Notes under the pieces: generated by a model | The model's input: only the letters and a program-made list of their open reading frames with translations | The model's database searches: none | Told to the model about the DNA's origin: nothing | Made by a program: the position numbers and the translations under genes | In this document: positions 48,589 through 59,565 of the stretch, piece by piece | Numbering within the stretch: the first letter of the stretch is position 1 | Layout of the letters: every line of letters begins with the position of its first letter | Source: Microthyrium microscopicum | Lineage: Eukaryota | Assembly (NCBI GenBank): GCA_010405405.1 | Contig: MU004232.1 | Location: 2,375,481-2,439,480 of the forward strand | Length of the DNA: 64,000 nt | Direction: 5' to 3'

Positions 48589-50470
48589 ATGTCTGGATTC
48601 GAAGTCGTAGGGGTCGTTCTCGGGGGTATTCCTCTGATCATCAGCGCTTTAGAACACTACGCCGATGGGGTAAGGCTGGAAATCCTTTCTCAGGAGCTCG
48701 AACTGATATGCTATGCTCTAGGTCACCACAATCAAGCATATGATAGAGTTTGAGAACACATTTCTAGACTCTCAGTCGCGACTCCTGCTCAGTCTAGCTA
48801 TATTTCAACAATCATGCAGAGAGCTCGTTCAAGATCTTCCGGACAGCCAGGTTCGAGATCTGATGGATCTGAGAAACGGATGGGATGATCCAGAGCTGAA
48901 GATAATCCTAGCACGAAAGTTGGGAAAAGACTTTGAGGTGTATAGAATGTCGGTGAAGCTGCTTAACAAAAGAATTGGTCTTCTGCGAAAAAAGTTAAAG
49001 CTACGGGAAGACTTGACAGTATGATACTTACGCGTAAACATAAAGATTGACCCTAACTCTCATAGGCTCCGTTTATAGTCGGTGGTGTTGTGGATGAAAA
49101 ACTTCGCAAAGACTTCTTTAAGAGCTCCTGGTCTCGAATACGCGGTGGGTTCCAGGCTGAAAAGCACAAACAGCTAGTAAATGAAATCCGTGATGACGTT
49201 GATCAGTTGTGCACCTTCACGAAAGGAGCGATGGATATCGAGGATCTAAGCCATGAGAGATCGGCTTCTGCAATATCAAGCTATTGGCTTGGTATGAGGA
49301 GTCATACACATGGCCTATACAACGCGTTGCGCTCTATATGGTCACATAACTGTTCTTCGCATACACACCTTGCAAGGCTTGCACTCGATCTACCGAATGA
49401 TCTTGAAGATGAGCGCGACACACCTCGGTTCAGTCTGTATTTCTCGTTGGCGGAGAAGACGTCCACTCAAACATCTTTGCCAGGCGGATCTCGTAACTTT
49501 ACCGTACTCTCGTTCCAGTCACCAGTTCCATCGTAAGCTCTGCCTTTCTCTTAGTCTTCCATGACCCTGTTCAGGTTTAGTTCGCTGACACCGAATGATA
49601 GAACATCTCCAAATGTTGTGTCCAAATCGCCGAATGCAAAGAAGAAGACCCAGTTCAATCTGCCCACTAGTCCTACCCATGGAAGGCGGAAAACAAAGAT
49701 GGCATGCACCTCCCAGATCAAAATCGAGAATCTATGCACCACAATCGGCAAAATCTGCCAACCAGGATCGTGTTGTGGCTTTCTGAGTGGCCAGGATTGG
49801 CATTATCATATCCATGATGCAGTGGACCAGAAAGTGAAGGGATTGACGCCACTGCCACATATACTCCACTGCCAAGATAGTACAAGGACCACTACAAGAC
49901 AAAAGTGAGTGAAGAATACTTCAAAAAAGTCCAGTGTCTAACGATCAACGGTTGAGTAGAAGAACACTTGCTCTTGCACTCGCGTCTGGAGTCTTGCAAC
50001 TATACAATACGCCATGGCTGCGTGATCGATGGACAGCTGACGATATATACGTGGATACTACTGCACATCAGCTTTACGTTGTCAAGACTTTTGATCCCAC
50101 GGCGGTCGATCAGCAGCATATATCGACGAGCGACGATGAGCTTCTAGTGAAAAATCGAACTCTGTTCGCTCTCGGTGTAGCTCTGCTGGAGCTTACATAT
50201 GGAGCACCTCTGTCGACTCTGCAGACTCCTGAGGATCTCAATGATGCATTCACGCAATATCGAGCTGCTACTCGACTGACGAAGAAGATGCAGGCCGACG
50301 AGCTTCCGAGGTTTGCATCCGCAGTGGGAAAGTGCATATATCCGACGGCCGAGGGGTGTGACTTTAGCTTTGGGAATGAGGCCTTTCGTCGTCGGTTCTT
50401 CGAAGAGGTCGTGCTGCCACTGAAGGAAGATTATGAAGAGCTGTTCCCAAAATCAAGTAGAACTAATTAG
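48589..50470 (+). CDS. Fungal protein with 'MSGFEVVGVVLG' hydrophobic/HeLo-like N-terminus and degenerate kinase-like (DUF7580-type) C-terminal domain, 4 introns
   Basis: MSGFEVVGVVLGGIPLIISALEHYADG, WDDPEL..L..KLG, C..H.H.ARL.L, IENLC, LALALASGVLQLYNTPWL..W...DI, NRTLFALGVALLEL and FRRRFFEEVVLPL. Domain names come from recall of the family, not from a search. Confidence 0.8.
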
Positions 50471-50914
50471 GCCACCGTGCCTCAAAGGCCTCAAACTCTC
50501 TCTTGAATATCTTACTTTGAGAATTCCACATCCGTCGAAGTGTCTTGCTTCGTTGTCCAGCATCGCAGTATAGTACCAGTAGCTGCCTTTTGAGGTGAGT
50601 ATCGAGCTCGTCCCTGCATTGAGATGCTGTAGTCAACGCGTGAGAGTGTGAAGCTGTAAACATCAGTGAATAAATTTCAACAAGATGAAAGTTTGAAGAC
50701 TAATGGACGCGTCAACTGATAGATGCAAATGGAGGAGGCTCTCCAAAAGCCGCTAACCTAAAACTGACTAGCTCCATCGAGTCTCCAAACCTCCAGCTTT
50801 AAACATTCAAGATAGGCCTTGATACCAAGCACTTCATTCCACCAACCAACTCCTCTATCGCTCACACATATATACCCACAACTAAACCCACAAGAACTCC
50901 CATCTGCTCTCACA

Positions 50915-51353
50915 ATGTCAATCGCCCAACAATACGGTTTCACAACCCCCCACCAAGCCCGCTCCCTCCGCGCCTGCATGGTCTGCTCCATAATCCAAGT
51001 CTCCTCCGTTCGCTCCTCCCTATCCTCCCCTCACCACCACATAAACCACTAACACGTCCTAGAAATTCGTATCCGAAGGCTGTCCCAACTGCGAAGGCGT
51101 CCTCGGCATGAAAGACAGCCAAGAAGCCGTCCAAGAATGCACCTCCGCCAACTGGAACGGCATGATCGCCGTAGCCGACCCCTCCAAGTCCTGGGTCGCC
51201 CGATGGCAGCGCGTAGAAACATATGTACCCGGCATGTACGCAGTCCAAGTGATTGGGAAATTACCGCAGGATGTGCTGGAGCGCATGGAGGATAATGGGA
51301 TGCGGTATGTGCCAAGAGATGGGGTGGAGGATGTTGGTGTTGAGGAGGAGTAG
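50915..51353 (+). CDS. SPT4: Transcription elongation factor Spt4, 1 intron
   Basis: LRACMVCS..GCPNC..ECTSANWNG..SWVARWQR..VPGMYAVQVIGKLP..YVPRDG. Confidence 0.95.
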
Positions 51354-51707
51354 AAACCAGCTCCAGATGAGGAAAGACGAGGGAAGGTGGTTTGAAGAAT
51401 GGCATTTGAAGGCGTTATGTTGGGATTTTTGTTATGACACGAAGAAAAAAGGCATATACCCCAGCGGGATTTCGACTTACGAGCGAGCAGGTTATTTTTG
51501 AGTAATGTTGACAATTGAAATTTTTGCTCCATACAATACAGAACCTGAGCAGGTGCTTCTAATACATGTAGAGATATACTCGGACAAACTCCCGCATACT
51601 ATGAACAGCCGAATTCTGCTTTTCTCTATCACCAGCCATGCCAATTCCAGCTTTTCTCTATCACCACGCATAATATTCCATGGACCTTTCGATGCTGTCC
51701 TGATATT

Positions 51708-54032
51708 CTACAACAGTGCTCGGATTGGTTTCTCGTTGGCGGCAACTGCTTCGTACAAGGCGTCGAGGTTCGACCGGTAGTGCTTGGCAACAAATGATCG
51801 CTTGAGTTTCATCCTAGCAAGTGTTAGTCATTCCATTCAGCAAAAGAATATGGCTCGGACTTACGTTGGTGTCATCAAGTTCTTCTCCTCGGTGAATGGC
51901 GTGAGGAACAGGTGGTGGGCTCGGCACCACTCATAACGATTGAACTTGTTCTCTTTCGAGATGCGATCCAACTGCTTCTGCGCCGCCTTGAGCACACGCT
52001 CGTCCTTGCACGCCGCCTCGATCTCGCTGATATCGTCTTTGGTGAAGCGCTTGCCCATAGCGCGGCCAGCAAACTCGGCAAATGCTTCAGGCTCAACACC
52101 AAATAGACCCACCAAGCTCGTCTTATCAGAGTCACCGTGGATATAGGCCGTTTGTAGAAAGCTCAAGTTTGCGAGGTAGACGTTCTCGATACGCTCAGGG
52201 CTGACGTACTCGCCCTGGGACAGCTTGAGCAAGTTCTTGACACGATCGATGATGGAGAAACGACCCATGTCGTCAACTTGGCAGATATCTCCTGTGGCGA
52301 ACCAACCGTCGTTGTCGAGTGCTTTGGCGGTCTCGGCGGCGTTCTTGTGATATTCGCGGAAGATGGTGTTGCCGCGGATGAGCAATTCGCCACGAGGAAA
52401 TGGCTTGTCGGTGGACAGGTACTCCATGTCGGGCACATCACGGAGGCAGATCTCGCCTGATGGACCAACACCACCACAGTTTCCGGTCGTCATGTCGCCG
52501 TCGACTTGGCATAAAGCCATAGCATACGTTTCAGTGAGACCATAACCTTGCGAGAAGTTGTTGGCGAAGCAGACACGGAGGAACTGGTGTAGAGATGGGT
52601 CTAGCGGAGCGGAGCCGGAGATGATGGTGTGGCATCGTTGGAGGCCGACATTGGCGGCGACCTTCTTGGCCCAGACTTTATCCCAGAGCCAATGTCTGTT
52701 GGTGGCGATCTTTGGGTCGGGGTTGTTGGCCTTTTCGAGCTTCAAGTTGATAACGTACTTGCTAAGAGCGCCGCGGATTGGGTTTGCTGGCTTCTCGATG
52801 GTCGCAAGACGAATGCCGGCACCGATACGGTTGAAAAGACGTGGCACACCAGAGAAGCCAGTGGGTCGGAGAAGTTTGAGATCTTCCACAACTTCATTGA
52901 CATCTCCGTGATAGAAACCAATACCAGCGCCACCCCAGAGAGCGAGATGCTCAGCCAATCGCTCGTAAATGTGAGCCAACGGCAAGAATGAACAAGAGAC
53001 GTCCTCATCTGTCTGATCCATAAGACACAGGGTTGAGCTAGTGGCAGCTACGGTGTTCTTGTGGGTGAGGACCACACCCTTGGGGTCACCAGTGGTACCG
53101 GATGTATAGTTGATGGTGACAATGTCTTCAGGCGTAGGAGGATTGATAGGTCGTGGACTTGCGGCTCCCAGCTTCTCCACCTCTGTGAATTCAAGAATCT
53201 GCACACCTGCCTCCTTCGCGAACTGGTTCAACAGTTCTCTTTTCGACTCGCCTTTGACTTCTCCTGCGGACAACGGATCCATACATATGATGATCTTCAA
53301 GCTTGGGCATCTAGGAGCGATCTTCAGAAGGGTTGGAATATGCGATAAAGACGTAGCAACGCAAGAGAGCTCGGCATGATTGATGATGTACTCGGTCGTT
53401 TGTGGCCCAAGGGTATCGTACAGTGAGACGGTGAACAGCGATTGGGAGTGAGCTGCTAGATCTGCGGAGTTGATTAGATGGGATCAAGCCAGCTCTTTCA
53501 AATATCTTACCAGTAATCTGGAATTCAGGTCGGTTGTTGCACCATAATCCGACACCATATTTTCCAGTAACTCCAATGTTTTCATGGATGATGCGCAAAC
53601 CAGAACCAAGATTCTTTCTACGTGTTGCAATGGTCTCGTAGTCTTCCCAAACGTATGCTCCCCATGTCTTAGTTAGTGGATCCCAGGGACGATGGCCGAG
53701 ACATTTGTTCTTAGGGACGTTGGCGACTATGTGAGGATTAGCCAATGAGAAAGCTGAGTATTCACGATTTTAACATACCAGCTTCCTCGAAAAAGTCGTG
53801 AGCCGTTCGGATCTAAGCAAAGTTAACTCCTGGTCAATCTAAGTTGAAGACAAAGAGCTACCTTTGGGTCCATAGTCTCGAGCAGCGCATCTGTGAATCG
53901 CCAATGTCGATACACTGCTGATCGACCCGGTACTTGTGATCCTGGAACCGGAAGACTGTATGGCTTGCCTGGCTCCGGTGGCACTCGGAGCCCCTTGGCC
54001 CTTTCGATGGAGTAGGTATTGAGTTTCCCCAT
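51708..54032 (-). CDS. Long-chain fatty acyl-CoA synthetase (Faa2-like), 4 introns
   Basis: AMP-binding YTSGTTGDPKGV, FLPLAHIYER, QGYGLTET, GWFATGD, IIDRVKNLLKLSQGEYVSPERIEN and TPT-MKLKR. Ends IRALL*. Confidence 0.93.
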
Positions 54033-55245
54033 TGTGTCTTTCCTGATGACCACAGTGTAGAAGACTCCAAAGAAAAAGTGTGAAGCTCAAGGACGAATGG
54101 TGACAAGAGACGTGGAGGAACCAGGATAGCAGAGATCTATAAGCTACTAACGATGCTTGTTAACATATATTCTAGAAGAATAGTTGGTAATATAGGACAG
54201 ATCTGGCAAGGGCGCGGGATGTATGTATTAACGACCGAGGCTTGTAGACTTTTGGTACATCCCGACCAGGTATACCAGATCTCGACCAGAGGGCCGGTGA
54301 TCCCGAAGTATTATATTGAGACATATAGAAACTTACATAAAGGTTCAATGACTCCAGTCTAGAAAATGTTCACCGAATCGCAAAAGAAAGATGAAGAAAG
54401 GGTAAGAAGAGTTGAGATTGTAGGCGATTGAGGCTAGTAGGCTACGGAGGAGTACCTGAAGTAGCTGTGCACATGCGTATGGCTGGCAGGTCTGCTTTGT
54501 CCACTCCAAAGTGTGAAAGAACACGCGCAGAATATTCGCGGAAGCGTCCAGAGTAACAGGGCTAGTCAGCCTCGGTCTGATCGGAAAGAGAGAGCAAATG
54601 GATAATCAGTCCTTAGGACCTAGATCAATATGTAACTGGTTCGGCTCAATGTCTGTATGAGGAACATCCGGCCGATGATGCAGAAATAGAGTTTTTAAAC
54701 AGACTGGAGGAATGCTCTTTCGATACTGAGCAAGAGAACTTGTTATTCGGCAGTGCCACAAACCCTCTGGGTACATATATGAATATATCGTGAAAAAAGC
54801 TCGTTGTTGATGCAAGGTGAAGTTGTTCTGATGACCAGCTTCACGAAGCTACCTGGCAAGTTTCTTGTCAGCTGTCAGCTTGACTGCAGAAGCGTCTGCC
54901 AAGATTTGCATGTGAATCTCCAGTTGAGCTCCGAAGCATAACGCCACAGACATAATTTTATGCTGCATTTTGATCCCTTATTGCAATAAATTTGGTTGAA
55001 ATAGAACCGTCATTTTGAGCAAAAGTTGTCTCAACAGGCGTGTTGGACCACGTCTGGATCCTTAGGTTTTGGGAGAGCCCGGAACACGGAGATATGTTAC
55101 TTTTCTTGGGAGCCATGCCATAGTAAATTTCAATTGGACGTGATTAAACCGGGAGAGCTTCCGCAGGGCAAGTTATCAAGTCCTTGTGATCGACGGTACT
55201 ATCCGCATTCCGCGAGGATATATCCAAAAGTTCCATGTACAACCT

Positions 55246-55656
55246 TCAAAACATATCTTGCCCATTGGAGTCTGACAGCTTAACAAGCCAGTCATCTTTA
55301 GCTTTGACGAGATATTTCATGTCACCTTGGCCAATCCAGGCCGAGACAGCTTCGTGAAATGCGCCGCCACTTTCGCGTGGCACGCGAACCCAAAGGTCAA
55401 GGTTGTCAAGCTTGAGAATGTCGATTGAAATGGAGGACCCAATAATCCCGAGATATCTCATCATGGCCGTGTTCAGATTTTTGCGTGCTGTAACGGCATC
55501 ATGTGCAGGACTTTCTGTAGATAAAGTGAATAGTCTCAAGTGAAAATACGTCCACTGTGGAAGGCGAAGCGTGCTTGAGTGGAGGATGGATGCTGCTTGC
55601 GGTCGTTGTGCCTTTGAAAGAGCCGGGGCATGAGTGTCAACTGCTTCTTCAGACAT
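55246..55656 (-). CDS. POP8: RNase P/MRP subunit Pop8-like
   Basis: TLRLPQWTYFHLRL, YLGIIGSSISIDILK and LWVRVPRE are typical of filamentous-fungal Pop8. Confidence 0.75.
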   Translation of the reverse strand: MSEEAVDTHAPALSKAQRPQAASILHSSTLRLPQWTYFHLRLFTLSTESPAHDAVTARKNLNTAMMRYLGIIGSSISIDILKLDNLDLWVRVPRESGGAFHEAVSAWIGQGDMKYLVKAKDDWLVKLSDSNGQDMF

Positions 55657-55923
55657 GATAAACTCTCGACAGGTTACAAAAGTAGAAATGAATGATATGA
55701 TGAGTAGTAAACAAGTATAACCTCAAGTTGTCACTGAAGCTTGTCTTGACTCTTGAGATTCCAAAAATACAAATCTGACGCTACTGTGGCCAGCCCCAGT
55801 ATAGCACAATGCTGGCCCCCTTTGCCAGGCTACCTCTACATCACTGGGCCACAAAGACAAATCCGCCAATATCTATTCTACTGACAGCACTCCAATACCG
55901 CCAATGAAGCTTACAGCCTCACC

Positions 55924-57288
55924 ATGGCGTTGCCCAACAAATCCACCGCTCTCATCAAAAAGCGCAAAAATGAGCTCGCCCACATGCCCCCTCCCCCTCC
56001 ACCCAAAAAGATCAAACGACCCGCTACAGTCCTAGACGAAGATACATATCTCGATGGTCTCTCCCACATCATCGCCAGAGACTACTTCCCCGGCCTAGCC
56101 GCCGTCGATGCTCAACGCGACTTCCTTGCCGCTCTCGAATCCAAAGATGATTCCTGGATCCGCGAAACGGGCTCCAAGCTCTCCAACATCATGGACGGAA
56201 CATACACTCCTGGGCGACGTGGTGTAGCATTCCCAGGCATGACGCCCATGAACTACGCAGGAGATACACCCAGCGCGCGATCAGTTCGTCAAGAGCTGGA
56301 GAAGCCAAAGGTCAACTTGAATCTTGGGCTAGGCGCATACCAGGCTAAATATACGTCTGAAGACAATGAGTCCTTCAACGCGCTTGTTGATAAGCAGAAT
56401 GAGAAGAATCGCAAAACTCATGCATACTTATGGAGTGGAAATAAAATTCCTTCTGGACGCCAGATTGCCTGGCGAGACAGGGAAGCTAGACGGTTGGAGG
56501 CGAGCAAATCTAGTATGGATCTTGCGGTATATCGAGATACACGGCCGGCGATGCCCAACTTCAAGAAGTCGGAGCCTCGCAATACATTCATGTTTGGACC
56601 CGAATCGATAGAGGAGAATTTGGAGACTATAGTGCAAGCGTCGGAGAGGAAATCGAATGCCCCGCCCAAAGCTATTCTTCACAACAATACTCGACTGGAG
56701 GATCCGTCAGACAGTAGAGCCTCGAGGGTCCCAGCCTCACCATCTCTATCGGCAATCAATGATGCGCTTGCGGGCAGACCGCGCTTAAACGAATCCGAAG
56801 CTGGATGGGAAACCCCTAGAGTAGGCGGCTACGCATTCGTCGACGCCGAGCCAACCGCTGCCGAACTACGTGCTTTCTCTGACCCAGCTCCCGAGCCAGC
56901 GGACGTGCTATCACGACTGACCAAGGCATCTGCAGGTGGACCAAATCCATTTTCCATCAAAGAGGCGGAGTCTCGAGAGAAGCTCCATCATAGACTTGTC
57001 GACAAGACCAAGGAGAGCAAGCAAGCGCCATACAAACGACTCAATGAGCTTATGGGTGGTGGGACTCCTGGTAAAACTGCGACTCCAAAATTCGCTTCCG
57101 CGCCAAAGAAGCAGTCTGGAAATCTTACACCGGCGGGTAAGCTTCTGTATTCGAAGGTTAGACAGAGGCAAGGACAAGATGGTGGGAGCACTCCTATTTT
57201 GGACTTTGATATGACACCATCAAAGGGAAACGGAAGATCTTTACTGCCTGGCTTGACTCCCAAAAGTACGCGGCGGGCATTGGATTAG
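55924..57288 (+). CDS. Splicing factor ESS2/DGCR14 (Es2, S. pombe Bis1)-like nuclear protein
   Basis: VLDEDTYLDGLSHIIARDYFPGL, YQAKYTSEDNESF, ETPRVGGYAFVD and LTPAGKLL. Confidence 0.9.
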   Translation: MALPNKSTALIKKRKNELAHMPPPPPPKKIKRPATVLDEDTYLDGLSHIIARDYFPGLAAVDAQRDFLAALESKDDSWIRETGSKLSNIMDGTYTPGRRGVAFPGMTPMNYAGDTPSARSVRQELEKPKVNLNLGLGAYQAKYTSEDNESFNALVDKQNEKNRKTHAYLWSGNKIPSGRQIAWRDREARRLEASKSSMDLAVYRDTRPAMPNFKKSEPRNTFMFGPESIEENLETIVQASERKSNAPPKAILHNNTRLEDPSDSRASRVPASPSLSAINDALAGRPRLNESEAGWETPRVGGYAFVDAEPTAAELRAFSDPAPEPADVLSRLTKASAGGPNPFSIKEAESREKLHHRLVDKTKESKQAPYKRLNELMGGGTPGKTATPKFASAPKKQSGNLTPAGKLLYSKVRQRQGQDGGSTPILDFDMTPSKGNGRSLLPGLTPKSTRRALD

Positions 57289-57552
57289 ATGATCATTTGG
57301 AGGATATAGCACACAACATATACTAGGACATTGTTGGCTCCTTTACGACTTTTTGATTACGATACCCAGCATAGCAAGGCGTTATACCATAGATATTAGA
57401 CAAGAATGCATCTCATTCAAGCCTCCCTATAGAGGGATTAACGCTTTTAGTCTGCATCTAGCACAGGGCCATTTCAGCATTGATACAACATAGGCAAACT
57501 CATGCCCATTCTTGTCTTCTCAGTCCAACATCGTGATCGTAATCCACAGCAC

Positions 57553-58480
57553 TTAGTAGAAACTCTCCACCATAGCCTCCTTATACTCCCCACCAATCTT
57601 CCCGGGCCCACTCCCCTCGCCCAGTCTAAACACACTCTCCACAACACTCAACTCCGTCGCCGTAGTATCCAGCCCCGTAACCGCCATCCAATCATTCACC
57701 ACCATACCCGCGCCCACCACCGGACTACCTCTATTCACACTGCCCGCCACCAACGGCACCGCCAACAACGAGCTAAGTTCATCCTGGTCCTGCACGCTAG
57801 TCTTTGGATGCACCAAACCTCCCGCATTTGACAGTGACATGTAGGATCCCGTAAGGACGTTATCGGCGATGGTTTGTCTGAAGACTTCAACGCCGAGAAC
57901 GTCGGCGATGATTTCTTCGGTTTCGCGCTCGAGGTCGGGGTGGACTAGGGCGACGTGGTCGTTGGTGCAGATTACATTTCCGAGGGCGGAGAGACGTTCT
58001 TCGATTCGTTGGATTCGCACGGCGTCGGGAAGGGAGTTGCGGAGATGTTGGAGTTCTTGGTCGGTTGTTGAGGTGGGGACTAGGAGACCTTTGCGGTTAC
58101 TATCAATGAATCGTTAGTATTGGCAAAGGGTATAGCAGGGGGAGGAGGGTTACCCGGCGGTTAGACGGCCGACTATGCGGGTGCCGGCGATGGTGGCGTG
58201 GCAGATTGGGATTACATCTTGGAGTTCGGCTTCGAAGATGCTGTGGTGGTGGTTAGTTGAGTATGAGGGAGGGATGGTGGTGGATGTGAGGCGTTACCTG
58301 TAGAAGTTTTCTGATGCGCCGACTGCTACTAAGGCGTAAGAATTTGTGAGGGTTGCGAAGACTCCGACTCTATCGCGAGGTTAGTTTTTGATATCGCGGT
58401 GGGGCAGTTTGGAGTAGCGGGGTTGTGATTGCTAGAAGAACGTACTCGTTAGAATTCTCGAATGACGCGCGAACCGCCAT
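57553..58480 (-). CDS. TIF6: Eukaryotic translation initiation factor 6, 3 introns
   Basis: [51 protein letters not shown] and [11 protein letters not shown]. Confidence 0.97.
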
Positions 58481-59565
58481 GATGTTGTCTGAGAAGATGA
58501 GTGTCTTGAGAAGATGAGATTTACGGTAAGGAAGAAGACGAAGTTAGTGGTAGATGTAGAGGTAGAGGGAAGAAGTTGTGAGCTGTTGGTGTTGAGGTTG
58601 TGGTAGTATGAAGTTTGTGCGAGAAAGTAGAGCGTTGGTGAAGACTTTTATTTTAGCCACCAATTCTTAATTTGTAACTTTTAGTACTAGTATCTTAAAA
58701 GCTACCGAGCTCTGTAATCCCATAGGCAAATAGTTCCTCCGTCTATCTAGCCGTTTTGAAGCTTCCGTCACGAGTTGATTGATAGAGTCATCACCGCCGC
58801 ATAGCCACCTTCACAGTCACTCTTTGCATGAAGGAGTCAGGACCCCAGTAAAAGTTTCTGTTTTCACTCTTTGTTCCTTGCGCTAGTACCCGTTAGCTTA
58901 ATCTGTCTCTATTTTGCCACTAGCTGTCCCGAATGTATGGGGTCGAGTATCAAAAGCTGGCTGGTCATAAAAGGTAGGAAAACCAATGGCCTATTCACTA
59001 TGAACTCATTTCTAGTGTCACCAAGTGTCAATGCAGATTGCCACTATAACGAATGTCGAAATATACAAATAACATTTTGTTTCATTAGTGGCGGGCTACT
59101 AGTATTACAACAAGTCCCATGCAATAGATTATGATAATACAATGCTCGCTGATGCCCATATGTTCCAGCCAAACTTTTCAGTGGCTACTAATTCATAACA
59201 TGAGAGAAAGAAATAACTCCTGGTCCTATGACGAGAATTTCAATGCGCATGCTGTACATCCAGTTCCCAATGTGGTTGAGAAACCAACACTATCAGAAGC
59301 GAGAGAAGCGCGAAGCACCTGCGATGTCATTCGAAAGTCGAACCAGGAATGATAAAAGGGTATTGGAATGGCTCATGCCATAAGGTGATGAAGCTGTGTG
59401 AATGTATCAAACAAGACCGGCGCAATATACAATCATGCGTCCCATTTATATTGCTGGATGGGTAGACACGGGAGGAAAGATGATAGTTGCATTTTGGTTG
59501 GATGCGAAGAAGGTTGATCACTGTAGAGTCATAAGACTGCCATGTATTCATGAATGGCGCCAATT

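Noticed and set aside
55246..58480. POP8/ESS2/TIF6 grouping as an RNA-processing cluster
   Set aside because: Chance adjacency of housekeeping genes; no shared regulatory signal seen.
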